From contig CACZYB010000003.1 of the NCBI GenBank assembly GCA_902785275.1, positions 64,001 through 128,000 of the forward strand: a stretch of 64,000 nucleotides of DNA. Reading direction: 5' to 3'. A program made the position numbers and the translations under genes. The notes under the pieces were generated by a model. The model did not search any database. It saw nothing but the letters and a program-made list of their open reading frames with translations, and was not told where the DNA came from. Below, piece after piece: positions 38,999 through 48,347 of this stretch. This DNA is from an uncultured Pseudomonadota bacterium. GTDB lineage: Bacteria > Pseudomonadota > Alphaproteobacteria > Rs-D84 > CACZYB01. How positions within the stretch are numbered: position 1 is the stretch's first letter; each line of letters opens with the position of its first letter.

Positions 38999-40549
38999 TT
39001 ATTTTTTTATCATATTTTTTAATTCAGAAATTGAAACAGTTCGTGTTATGATTATTCCTGCGATATAAAATACTACACCAATAATCATCAAAAGACCCAA
39101 TGCCAAAAGTCTTAATGGTAAGGAATAAACACTTATATCCGCCATCAAACCCCATACACCGAACCTTACGATAAGTGACATTAAAATACTTATGCCTGTG
39201 ATTTTTAAAATGTCCCTTATTATCTCACGGTACATAACCATAAAACCTTTTTTATAACTTATGAAATAAAGTAAAATACAGTTTATCCAATTGGAAATTG
39301 TTATTGCAATTACTATACCATTATAGCCATAGATTTTATTGAAATACATTGTGAAAATGACATTGAAAATCAATGTTACACCAGCCACAAACATAGGTGT
39401 TTTTGTATCATTCCTTGCATAAAATATATTTGAAAAAAGCTTTGTATAAACAAGAGCAGGAAGAGAAACACATAGTATTTGTAAAATATTTGCAGTTGCA
39501 AAAGTATCGGATGCCTTAAATTCTCCCCTTTCGAAAAAGATTTGAATTATTGGATAACTTAAGGCAATAATACCAAATGCAGATGGAATAACAAGAAGGC
39601 TTGCAAACTTCATGGAATTATTAAAAATTGCCTTAGTTTTATTCAAATTACGTTTTTTTATTTCCTTTGAAAGACTTGGCAATAAAACCGTAGCAAGTGC
39701 AATACCAATAACGCCAAGTGGAAGTTGATTCAATCTGTCGGCATAGTAAATCCAAGAAACAGCACCGTTTGTTTGGGATGCGAAAATACTTCCTATCATA
39801 ACATTAAGGTGGTAAATTCCGGCACCAAGGATACCTGGCATAATCTTTTTAAAAAACATACCAATTTCTGGGGTAAACTTTGGTTTAAAAGAAATAAGTC
39901 CAAAGCCATACTTTTTTGCAATCCACCACAAAAGTACAAGCTGGATTATTCCGGAGACGGCAACACCCCATGATACAGTATGAGCAACAGTTGGAAATGT
40001 GTTTGCAAAAAACACTAATGAAAATATCATACTTAAATTAAGTATTATTGGAGTTAGAGCATATGGTGTAAATTTGCCAAGTGTATTTAAAATACTTCCA
40101 AAAAATGATGTAAGTGCGATGCAAAATAAAAATGGAAATGTTATGTGGGCAAGACTTATTGCCAATGAAAACTTTTCAGAATTTTCTTTGAACCCTGGGG
40201 CAAAGACATCAACAACAAATGGCATAAAGATTTCGGCGATAAGGGTAAAAATCAAAAGTATATAGAATAAAAATGCGAACAAGTTTTTACAAAATACCAT
40301 TGCCTTCTCTTCGGACTTTTCATACAAAACTCCAGAAAATATTGGGACAAAAGCCGAGTTAAAAGCACCTTCGGCAAAAATACTTCGAAATAGGTTTGGT
40401 ATTTTAAATGCGACCAAAAAACAATCAGAAAATTTACCGGCACCGAGATACTTTGCCACAAAAAAATCACGAAAAAGACCGCTTATTCGGCTTATTAAAG
40501 TAATAATGCCTACAAGTATGGTGTTTTTGAATAGTCCTTTATTTATCAT
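38999..40549 (-). CDS. murJ: Lipid II flippase MurJ (MviN)
   Basis: SRISGLFRD, AFKIPNLFRSIFAEGAFNSAFVP, YYADRLNQLPLGVIG, FYARNDTKTP. Confidence 0.96.
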   Translation of the reverse strand: MINKGLFKNTILVGIITLISRISGLFRDFFVAKYLGAGKFSDCFLVAFKIPNLFRSIFAEGAFNSAFVPIFSGVLYEKSEEKAMVFCKNLFAFLFYILLIFTLIAEIFMPFVVDVFAPGFKENSEKFSLAISLAHITFPFLFCIALTSFFGSILNTLGKFTPYALTPIILNLSMIFSLVFFANTFPTVAHTVSWGVAVSGIIQLVLLWWIAKKYGFGLISFKPKFTPEIGMFFKKIMPGILGAGIYHLNVMIGSIFASQTNGAVSWIYYADRLNQLPLGVIGIALATVLLPSLSKEIKKRNLNKTKAIFNNSMKFASLLVIPSAFGIIALSYPIIQIFFERGEFKASDTFATANILQILCVSLPALVYTKLFSNIFYARNDTKTPMFVAGVTLIFNVIFTMYFNKIYGYNGIVIAITISNWINCILLYFISYKKGFMVMYREIIRDILKITGISILMSLIVRFGVWGLMADISVYSLPLRLLALGLLMIIGVVFYIAGIIITRTVSISELKNMIKK

Positions 40550-40624
40550 AAAAAAATCCTTTATTTATTATAAGTTATCATATAATATATCAAAAATATA
40601 GGCAATACAAAAAAGAGAGAAAAT

Positions 40625-41362
40625 ATGAAAAAGTTTTTTATTGTTTTTTTAATGGCAATTCTTTCAGCTTGTGCTGGGGATGGAAATTTTAATTATGAAT
40701 CAAAAACTGATAATGAAATTTATGATGAAGGTTTACGCCAACTTAAAAAAGAAAATGTAATTTCTGCGACCGAAGCATTTAAACAAGTAGAATACAATCA
40801 CCCATATTCACCTTTGGTTGCAAAGTCATGGATTATGGCCGGATATGCTTATTATACAGATAAAAAATATATGGATGCAATTGAACAATTTGAAAGATTG
40901 CTTAACTTACAACCAAATCATCCACAGGCTGATTATGCAATGTATATGATTGCAATGTCATATTATGATCAGGTTTCACCTGTTACACGTGATCAAAAGA
41001 TGACTGAACTTGCTTTGTTAAAAATGGAAGATTTAGTAAAAAAGTATCCAGATTCAAAATACAGTAATGATGTAAAACCAAAAATAATAATTGCGAAAAA
41101 TAATTTAGCATCAAAGGAAATGTATATTGCCTCTTCTTTAATGAAAAGAAAAAATATTATTGGAGCACTTAACAGATACCAGACTGTTATTAAAAAATAT
41201 GAAACAACTTTGTTCGTTCCAGAAGCATTATTCAGAACTGTGGAAATTTACAATATGATGGGACAAAAGGATGAAGTTAAAAATATGACAAGACTTTTGG
41301 AAGTAAATTATCCAAACACAAAGTGGTATGAAATGGCAAAAGAAATTGCCAAATCTATTTAA
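40625..41362 (+). CDS. bamD: Outer membrane protein assembly factor BamD
   Basis: Lipobox LSAC, TPR repeats, HPYS, YAMYMIAMSYYDQ...RDQ, LASKEM, GALNRY, PEALFR. Confidence 0.93.
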   Translation: MKKFFIVFLMAILSACAGDGNFNYESKTDNEIYDEGLRQLKKENVISATEAFKQVEYNHPYSPLVAKSWIMAGYAYYTDKKYMDAIEQFERLLNLQPNHPQADYAMYMIAMSYYDQVSPVTRDQKMTELALLKMEDLVKKYPDSKYSNDVKPKIIIAKNNLASKEMYIASSLMKRKNIIGALNRYQTVIKKYETTLFVPEALFRTVEIYNMMGQKDEVKNMTRLLEVNYPNTKWYEMAKEIAKSI

Positions 41363-42131
41363 TATCTAATTGAAATAGGCGTTTGAAATTTTCACTGGAA
41401 ATATTTGATATTTCATCAAATGTTTTTCCTGTGATTTCAGCTAACTTTTTTGCAGTTTCCACAACAAATGCTGGTTCGTTTGTTTTTCCACGAAATGGCA
41501 CAGGTGCAAGAAATGGACTGTCTGTTTCAACAAGAAGTCTGTCGTACGGAATTGTTGAAAAAACTCCCCTTAAATCAGCGGCATTTTTAAATGTTATAAT
41601 TCCAGATGCAGAGATATAAAATCCCATCCCAAGCATTACATCCGCCATTTCCTTTGTCGCAGTGAAACAGTGGATAATTGCCTTGAATGATTGCTTTTTA
41701 AACTTGGATGAAAGTATATCAATCATATCATCATTCGAATCGCGATTATGTATTATCAAAGGAAGACCTGTTTGTTGAGCAACTTCTATGTGATTAAGAA
41801 GATTTTCTATTTGTAAATCACGATTAAAATTTTCACCGGAATAGTCCAATCCTGTTTCACCAATAGCAATAATTTTTTTGCTTTTTGAAATAAATTTTAA
41901 AAGGTCCTGTTTGGAAACTTTACCTTCACGCTCTGCTTCCTCTGGATGTTGACCAATGGCACCAAAAACACAATCGTATTTTTCAACTATATCAATTATT
42001 TTTTCAAAGCAAACCCTTGCTGAACAAGCATTAAGCATATATTTTACACCTACAGAATTTGCATTTTCCACAATAGTATCACGTAGAGAATCGTCAAACA
42101 TATCAAGATGACAATGACTATCAATAAGCAT
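41355..42131 (-). CDS. tatD: TatD family DNase
   Basis: LIDSHCH, GQHP, IGETGLDY, IIHNR, IHCFT, LVETDSPFLAP, NEPAFV. Follows holB. Confidence 0.95.
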   Translation of the reverse strand: MLIDSHCHLDMFDDSLRDTIVENANSVGVKYMLNACSARVCFEKIIDIVEKYDCVFGAIGQHPEEAEREGKVSKQDLLKFISKSKKIIAIGETGLDYSGENFNRDLQIENLLNHIEVAQQTGLPLIIHNRDSNDDMIDILSSKFKKQSFKAIIHCFTATKEMADVMLGMGFYISASGIITFKNAADLRGVFSTIPYDRLLVETDSPFLAPVPFRGKTNEPAFVVETAKKLAEITGKTFDEISNISSENFKRLFQLDIK

Positions 42132-43392
42132 TTTTTAACCTTTCAAAACTGGAAATTATAACCGCCATATAATCAAGATTTAGGCTTTGGGTTAAATCGA
42201 AACACGATAAAAGTTGTTCCCTAACCTTAAATATTTTATCTGGATTGGTGAAATATTTTGCACACAATTTTGTTGTTCGCTCCTCTATATCAGAGGCAAA
42301 TGTTACACTAAGATTTGAATTAAGTCGCAAAATATTGTTAAGCAATGTTATACAGATATCCTTGAAAATATTAAGCTTTATTTCGGAATTTCCGACAAGC
42401 GTTACAATATCCAAAACCGCCCTATTCTTCTTTGATAAAATATCAGGCAAAGAAGTATAAAACATATTAGAAATTTCGATACCGTTATTGTTATAAAAAT
42501 CAAGTGCAGTTCCAATACTTCCGTGGGAAAGGCTTATTAATTTTTTTACATCTTCGTCAGAAATATTTTCTATATATTCGTGCAAAAGAACAGTCATATT
42601 TTCATCGGATAATGGATGAAGTTTTAAAACACGGCAACGAGATTTTATTGTATCAAGCAAACCTTCGTAATTATTACAAATCAAGATAAGAAGAGATTTG
42701 TTTGGGGCTTCCTCCAAAATCTTTAGAAGGGCATTACTACTGTTTGGATTCATATCGTCGACACTGTCAATCAGTGCGATTTTATAACCACCTTCGGATG
42801 AAGTTTTTGAAAAAAACTCCTTTAACGAACGGATTTGTTCAACGGAAATTTCTGATTTAAGTTTTGTTTTTGACGCATCAGAATATTCACGTTCAACAAT
42901 TTTCAAATCTGTTAAACCGCCAGCAAGCAACCTTTCAAATATTGGATTTTTAGGGGATAATTTTATTGGGGAATTATCCAACGACTGTAAAACAGAAGCT
43001 TTATTTAAGTCTTTTTTTTCTGAATTTTCTGGAACAATTAAATCAGATGATGAAAATGAAAAATTATCATCCGAATCGTCATCATCTTCTTCATCATAAT
43101 CAAATGAAACAGAAGATTCAGCAACCTTATTCACATCAAGATTTGTATCTAATGATAAATTAGAAATTAAATCCTGATTATTAAGTGAAAAAATATATCT
43201 TATAATACGATAGGCAAGGGTTGCCTTTCCAATACCACGTGGACCAGTGATAAGCCAAGAATGATGAAATTGACCACTTTTAAAAGAATCAAAAAACTCT
43301 TGCTCAGATACAGAATGACCTATTAAAAACGGAGATGAAATAGGCTTTCTTAAATCTGTATTTAAAATATTTGTTTCTTGATTCTGAGGCAT
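42121..43392 (-). CDS. holB: DNA polymerase III subunit delta' with acidic insertion
   Basis: HHSWLITGPRGIGKATLA, ISVEQIR, IDSVDDMN, NALLKILEE, TIKSRC. Located after tmk. Confidence 0.92.
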   Translation of the reverse strand: MPQNQETNILNTDLRKPISSPFLIGHSVSEQEFFDSFKSGQFHHSWLITGPRGIGKATLAYRIIRYIFSLNNQDLISNLSLDTNLDVNKVAESSVSFDYDEEDDDDSDDNFSFSSSDLIVPENSEKKDLNKASVLQSLDNSPIKLSPKNPIFERLLAGGLTDLKIVEREYSDASKTKLKSEISVEQIRSLKEFFSKTSSEGGYKIALIDSVDDMNPNSSNALLKILEEAPNKSLLILICNNYEGLLDTIKSRCRVLKLHPLSDENMTVLLHEYIENISDEDVKKLISLSHGSIGTALDFYNNNGIEISNMFYTSLPDILSKKNRAVLDIVTLVGNSEIKLNIFKDICITLLNNILRLNSNLSVTFASDIEERTTKLCAKYFTNPDKIFKVREQLLSCFDLTQSLNLDYMAVIISSFERLKNAY

Positions 43393-44007
43393 TTATAAAC
43401 CCAACTTTTCATTTATAATTTTCATAATACGGTTTGTTATTTCAGGGATTTCACCAACCGAATCCATAAGTACGCAACGTTTTTTATCAAACTTTGCACA
43501 TTCACGAAAACCTTGAAGTCCCTTTGATAACCATTCATTACCCATATTTTCGAATCTATTCATTTCAGTAAGGTTACCGTGTGATTTTTTTGGATCGATG
43601 TCGAAAATTACGGTTAAATCTGGTTTGAAATTACCAATTGCAAGACTGTATAAATCCATCATCTTTTGTATGCCAAGGCCATGAGCATATCCTTGATAAG
43701 CAAAGGTTGTATCAACATATCTGTCGCACAAAACTATTTTACCATTATTAACTGCTGGCTTTATTACTTTTTCGACATGGTCAGCACGAACCGCAGTGAA
43801 AAGTAATGCTTCGGTCATAGGGGTCATTTTATCAACATCCCCCTTTAAAAGTATTTCACGAATCTTTTCACCCAATATTGTACCACCTGGTTCACGGGTT
43901 GCAATAACATCGTAACCTTTTTTTCTTAGTTCATCCGCAACAAGTTTAAGTTGTGTTGTTTTACCAACACCCTCTCCTCCTTCGAATGTAATAAAATATC
44001 CAGACAT
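43393..44007 (-). CDS. tmk: Thymidylate kinase
   Basis: FITFEGGEGVGKTT, TREPGG, LCDRY, AYQG, PDLT. Confidence 0.97.
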   Translation of the reverse strand: MSGYFITFEGGEGVGKTTQLKLVADELRKKGYDVIATREPGGTILGEKIREILLKGDVDKMTPMTEALLFTAVRADHVEKVIKPAVNNGKIVLCDRYVDTTFAYQGYAHGLGIQKMMDLYSLAIGNFKPDLTVIFDIDPKKSHGNLTEMNRFENMGNEWLSKGLQGFRECAKFDKKRCVLMDSVGEIPEITNRIMKIINEKLGL

Positions 44008-44033
44008 TTTAATCTCCTTTGCCCTTTTATTTT

Positions 44034-45209
44034 TTAACTTACTATATTCAAAATAATTTGTTTTATGTTTTTGAAAATACGACTTATGAAATTAGTTGTT
44101 TCAACATTTTCAAGCGCAATAAGTTTAAAATCTTGAGTTTTATTACCATCAACGTAAAGTGTTAATACACCAACTTCGTCACCCTTTTTAACAGGAGCAG
44201 GTATAGGTGACTTAAATGTTGCACGTAACTCAACATTTGGTTCTTCGCCATTTTTATTAGTTACCAAAATTTTTTCTGTAACACCAGCAGAAACGGTAGC
44301 CTTATTTCCAAACCATACAGGAACTTCTAAAACTTTATCTTCTGGTTTGAAATAAACTAAATTTGAAAATTCACGGAAACCCCATTCAAGCAAACTTTTC
44401 GAATCTGTAAATCTGATGTAACTTGGGTTACCCCCCTTTATACCATTTACAACAGCGATAAGTCTTCTATCATTCTTTTTTGCAGAAGATGAAAGACCAT
44501 ATCCACCCTTTGTTGTGTGGCCTGTTTTAAGACCATCAGATGATGGCATAATCCAAAGAAGCTTGTTTCTATTATCTTTGTTTCCTGTAAGTTTTTCTTT
44601 GTAAAGAAATTCTTTTTCACCGAAATAGTGATAATATTCTGGGAAATCCTGAATAATACGACGGGAAAGAATTGCCAAATCTTCAACAGACATTAAATGA
44701 TCCTTTTCATACCAACCGGATGCATTTACAAGAGTTGTTTTCTTAAGACCAAGGCGATATGCAAGATCGTTTAATTCATCAACAAATTTTGATTCACTTC
44801 CACTGATATTTTCAGCCAAAACAATAGTTGCATCGTTACCACTGTTTACGATAATACCACGAATCAAATCTTCTACACGAACATGTTCACCATATTCCAA
44901 AAACATTGTTGAACCAGAATTTGCATTCATGCTTTTTGCCTTTTTCCATGCTTCTGGACCAACAACAAATTCTGTATCAAGGGAGTATTTACCACTTTTT
45001 AATTTTTCAAAAACATAGTAAATTGTCATAAGTTTACTCATAGAAGATGGAGGAACAGCGACCCCAGAATTTCTTTCGAATAAAACTTTACCACTATCAA
45101 AATCCATAAGAATTGCGTATGGTGCCTTTATATCTGGACCAACAGCTGATATCGCAGAAATATTAATAAAAAACGATAGCAAAACTAAAGTAAGTGATAA
45201 TTTTTTCAT
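44034..45209 (-). CDS. dacA: D-alanyl-D-alanine carboxypeptidase (PBP5/6, S11 family)
   Basis: SMSK, SGND and KTG motifs; signal peptide; PBP5 C-terminal domain; upstream of tmk. Confidence 0.9.
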   Translation of the reverse strand: MKKLSLTLVLLSFFINISAISAVGPDIKAPYAILMDFDSGKVLFERNSGVAVPPSSMSKLMTIYYVFEKLKSGKYSLDTEFVVGPEAWKKAKSMNANSGSTMFLEYGEHVRVEDLIRGIIVNSGNDATIVLAENISGSESKFVDELNDLAYRLGLKKTTLVNASGWYEKDHLMSVEDLAILSRRIIQDFPEYYHYFGEKEFLYKEKLTGNKDNRNKLLWIMPSSDGLKTGHTTKGGYGLSSSAKKNDRRLIAVVNGIKGGNPSYIRFTDSKSLLEWGFREFSNLVYFKPEDKVLEVPVWFGNKATVSAGVTEKILVTNKNGEEPNVELRATFKSPIPAPVKKGDEVGVLTLYVDGNKTQDFKLIALENVETTNFISRIFKNIKQIILNIVS

Positions 45210-45351
45210 TTTTTCTCCTTTGAATTATTTTTAATTACTAAGTATTACTAAATTTTTTAAATAATAGCAACGATAAATTTTAAAATTTAATCTTGCTTAT
45301 ATATTTTTTTTTGCTAAAATAAGGTCAATTGCGTGTAAAGGTTTTAAATTT

Positions 45352-46548
45352 ATGGATAATACAGAAAAGACATATAAGGTTTTAGCTAGAAAATATAGGC
45401 CAAGTACTTTGGAAGAATTGGTTGGGCAGGATGTTTTGGTTCAAACAATTACCAATGCGATAAAAACAAACAGACTTGCTCATGCTTATATATTTACTGG
45501 TATTCGTGGTGTTGGTAAAACTTCGACTGCGCGAATCTTTGCAAAATCATTAAACTGTGTTGGTGCCGATGGAAAGGCTACTGGTCCACAAATAAAACCA
45601 TGTGGTGTTTGTGAACACTGTCGTGCGATTGCCGAAGACAGAGATATTGATGTTATAGAAATGGATGCGGCAAGTAGAACCGGTGTAGATGATATCCGTG
45701 AAATTATTGATGGTGTACAATACAAACCTTCTTCTGCACGATACAAAGTTTATATAATCGATGAAGTTCATATGCTTTCAAAGAGTGCGTTTAACGCCCT
45801 TCTTAAAACTTTGGAAGAACCACCTGAATATACAAAGTTTATTTTTGCAACAACTGAAATTCGAAAGGTTCCTGCAACCGTACTCTCCAGATGTCAAAGA
45901 TTTGATTTGCCAAGGGTGGAAATGGATGTACTTTGCAAGCATTTCAAACACGTTTGCGAACTTGAAAATGTAAAAATTGATGATGAATCAATACAAATTA
46001 TTGCAAAGACTGCGGATGGTTCTGTTCGTGATGGTATGAGCTTTTTGGATCAAGTTATTTCAAATTGTGATGGTGATATTACTGCAGAAAAAGTTTCAAA
46101 AATTTTGGGCCTTGCTTCAAAGAATGTAATATTCGAACTTTTCGAAGATATTATGACAGGACAGATACAAAAGGCTATTGACCTAATCGATGTTCAATAT
46201 AAGCTTGGTGTTGATCCGGTTCTTGTTTTGACTGATTTGCTTGAGATGACTCATTATATAACAAGAGTTAAGATTGCACCACAATCTGTTGGGCTTTTAC
46301 CTCTTATTCCAGAAGAACAAGATAAGGTAAGACAGTTTGCAGGAAAGTTTTCCGTTGCTGTATTGGCAAGGGTTTGGCAAATGCTTCTTAAGGGATTTGA
46401 TGAATTAAAGAAAGTTCCAAACGTTCTTTCGGCGGTGGAAATGATACTTATACGACTTTCGTATATTGGTATGATGCCAAGTCCGGTTGAAATTTTGGAA
46501 AAAATCGAAAATCAGAATTCAGCTGAAGTTCAAAAAAAAAATAGCTAG
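45352..46548 (+). CDS. dnaX: DNA polymerase III gamma/tau, 0-frame product (gamma-like, 398 aa)
   Basis: LARKYRP, GIRGVGKTS, zinc-finger Cys, DAAS, IIDEVHMLS, SRCQRF, GSVRD. Stops 4 nt after an A10 run (TAG at 46546-46548). Confidence 0.96.
   Translation: MDNTEKTYKVLARKYRPSTLEELVGQDVLVQTITNAIKTNRLAHAYIFTGIRGVGKTSTARIFAKSLNCVGADGKATGPQIKPCGVCEHCRAIAEDRDIDVIEMDAASRTGVDDIREIIDGVQYKPSSARYKVYIIDEVHMLSKSAFNALLKTLEEPPEYTKFIFATTEIRKVPATVLSRCQRFDLPRVEMDVLCKHFKHVCELENVKIDDESIQIIAKTADGSVRDGMSFLDQVISNCDGDITAEKVSKILGLASKNVIFELFEDIMTGQIQKAIDLIDVQYKLGVDPVLVLTDLLEMTHYITRVKIAPQSVGLLPLIPEEQDKVRQFAGKFSVAVLARVWQMLLKGFDELKKVPNVLSAVEMILIRLSYIGMMPSPVEILEKIENQNSAEVQKKNS
46532..46541 (+). other. A10 homopolymer, candidate programmed slippage/frameshift site of dnaX
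   Basis: GTT CAA AAA AAA AAT AGC TAG in frame 0. Removing one A gives CAA AAA AAA ATA GCT AGT..., in frame with the downstream tau domain. Confidence 0.7.
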
Positions 46549-46960
46549 TCATATTTCTTCTGCATCCTTATTTGATGACATTGGTAATGCAACCGATGGC
46601 GATGTTGCAACCATGACAATAGAAGGTTTGATTGATCTTTTGAAAGAAAAGAAATCATTCATACTTTCACAGGATGTGGCAAGGTATGTTCGTTTTGTTG
46701 GTTTTGATAACGGAGTTTTATCAATAAACCTTGAAGATGGGCACCCAAGGGAAATTATTAAAAACCTTAATCATTTCTTTGAGGAAAATAAGTACAAGGT
46801 TAAGGTTGTACAGTCTTCGGAAAGGGGTGAGGATACTTTGGAACAGAAGAAAAAAGCTCTTTTTAATAAACAGTTAGAAGAAATTTCGCAAAATCCTATA
46901 CTTAAAGAGATTTTACAGTGTTTTTCCAATTCAATAGTTGCAAATATCGAAGAATTATAG
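46541..46960 (+). CDS. dnaX: C-terminal tau domain of DnaX (DUF3646-like) in the +1 frame
   Basis: LIDLLKEKKSFILSQDVARYVRFVGFDNGVLSINL...GEDTL...NPILKEILQCFSNSIV resembles the alphaproteobacterial tau C-terminal domain. No convincing independent start with RBS. Confidence 0.8.
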   Translation: MASHISSASLFDDIGNATDGDVATMTIEGLIDLLKEKKSFILSQDVARYVRFVGFDNGVLSINLEDGHPREIIKNLNHFFEENKYKVKVVQSSERGEDTLEQKKKALFNKQLEEISQNPILKEILQCFSNSIVANIEEL

Positions 46961-46966
46961 TATAAT
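46938..46966 (+). promoter_or_regulatory. Sigma70-type promoter for ybaB at the 3' end of dnaX
   Basis: TTGCAA (46938-46943)-N17-TATAAT (46961-46966). Confidence 0.65.
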
Positions 46967-46999
46967 TTTACCATTAACAAACTTTTAAAAGGAGAAAAA

Positions 47000-47323
47000 A
47001 TGGTAAATATAAATGATTTAGTTGCTCAAGCACAAGCTATGCAAGCAAAGGTTAAACTTGCTCAGGCAGAACTTTCTAAACAAGAAGTTACCGGTGAAGC
47101 AGGAAACGGTCTTGTAAAAATTACAATGACTTGCACAAAAGAAACAAAAAAATGTGAAATTGACGCATCTCTTTTGAAAGCTGATGAAAAAGAAACTTTG
47201 GAAGATTTGATTGTTGCTGCAATGAACAATACAAAAGAATTGGCTGATGAAGTTGCAACCGCAACAATGGAAGAAGCAACATCTGGACTTCAACTTCCTG
47301 AAGGTGTTGATTTACCAATGTAA
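47000..47323 (+). CDS. ybaB: YbaB/EbfC family nucleoid-associated protein
   Basis: QAQAMQ...VTGEAGNGLVKITM...LEDLIVAAMN; AGGAG RBS; follows dnaX. Confidence 0.93.
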   Translation: MVNINDLVAQAQAMQAKVKLAQAELSKQEVTGEAGNGLVKITMTCTKETKKCEIDASLLKADEKETLEDLIVAAMNNTKELADEVATATMEEATSGLQLPEGVDLPM

Positions 47324-47346
47324 TTTGGTTTTTATTAAAAAAACAC

Positions 47347-47377
47347 TCCCCCTCTACTTTTGTGGGGGATTTTTTTT
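47347..47377 (+). terminator. Intrinsic terminator after ybaB
   Basis: TCCCCC...GGGGGA followed by T8. Confidence 0.75.
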
Positions 47378-47546
47378 GAAAAGCTTCTGAAACGACAGAA
47401 TGAGGAAATCCCAAAACGAGTTCGCTTACTTTCTTTTTTAACTCAAAATACAGGCGGGAAACCCGCAGAACCTTATAACTCAAACTATAATTTCTCGCTA
47501 ACAACGCTCGAAATTAAGTTTTTCTAAGTGCAATTTCAGAGCAACA

Positions 47547-47575
47547 AGAAAAAATCCCCTACAAACGCAGGGGAT
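47547..47575 (-). terminator. Intrinsic terminator after fabG
   Basis: ATCCCCT/AGGGGAT stem with an A-run on the plus strand (T-run on minus). Confidence 0.7.
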
Positions 47576-47599
47576 GATTTTCAGAATATCAAAATGACT

Positions 47600-48337
47600 T
47601 TATACCCTTAACATACCGCCGTTTACATGGATTGTTTGGCCGGTAATGTAGGATGCTTCGTCACTTGCAAGGAAGACAATTGTGTTTGCGATATCGGTTG
47701 TTGTACCGAAACGCTTTGCTGGAATTTGTTCCAACATTTTTGCCTTTAGATCATCGGACAAAACATCAGTCATTGGGGTTGAAATGAAACCTGGGGCAAC
47801 ACAGTTTACTGTTATACCACGGCTTGCAACTTCGGATGCCAATGCTTTACTCATACCTGTTAAGCCAGCCTTTGTTGCGCAATAGTTTGCTTGGCCAGCA
47901 TTACCCATCCAACCAACAACGGATGTGATATTGATAATTCTTCCGAAACGATTTTTCATCATTGGAGTAACAACGTCACGTGCAAGTTTGAATGATGCAG
48001 TTAGGTTCACATCAATAACGGCCTGCCAATCTTCATCTTTCATACGCATCATAAGACCATCACGAGTTAGGCCAGCGTTGTTGATAAGAATATCTATTTT
48101 GCCGGCAATTTTTAGTGCTTCTTCAACCAAAGTTTTTGTTGCACCATCAGCCGATAAATCAGCATGGATGGAATATGCCCTTTCGCCAAGTTCATCTGAA
48201 AGTTTTTCAAGAACTTCTTTCTTACGTCCTGTTAAAATTACGGTTGCACCCTGTGCGTAAAGTGTTCGTGCGATTTGTTCGCCAATACCGCCAGTTGCAC
48301 CAGTTACCAAAGCTACTTTTCCTGTTAAATCAAACAT
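47600..48337 (-). CDS. fabG: 3-oxoacyl-[ACP] reductase
   Basis: TGATGGIG, NNAGLTRD, YCATK, VAPGFI, VNGG. Follows fabD. Confidence 0.96.
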   Translation of the reverse strand: MFDLTGKVALVTGATGGIGEQIARTLYAQGATVILTGRKKEVLEKLSDELGERAYSIHADLSADGATKTLVEEALKIAGKIDILINNAGLTRDGLMMRMKDEDWQAVIDVNLTASFKLARDVVTPMMKNRFGRIINITSVVGWMGNAGQANYCATKAGLTGMSKALASEVASRGITVNCVAPGFISTPMTDVLSDDLKAKMLEQIPAKRFGTTTDIANTIVFLASDEASYITGQTIHVNGGMLRV

Positions 48338-48347
48338 AAGTTTTCTC

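Noticed and set aside
46487-46960. Independent 157-aa gene downstream of dnaX
   Set aside because: TTG start lies inside dnaX without an RBS and the sequence is the tau C-terminal domain, so it is treated as the frameshifted continuation of dnaX.
47121-47504. 127-aa minus-strand ORF over ybaB and the intergenic element
   Set aside because: Crosses a terminator and runs antisense to ybaB; composition is not protein-like.
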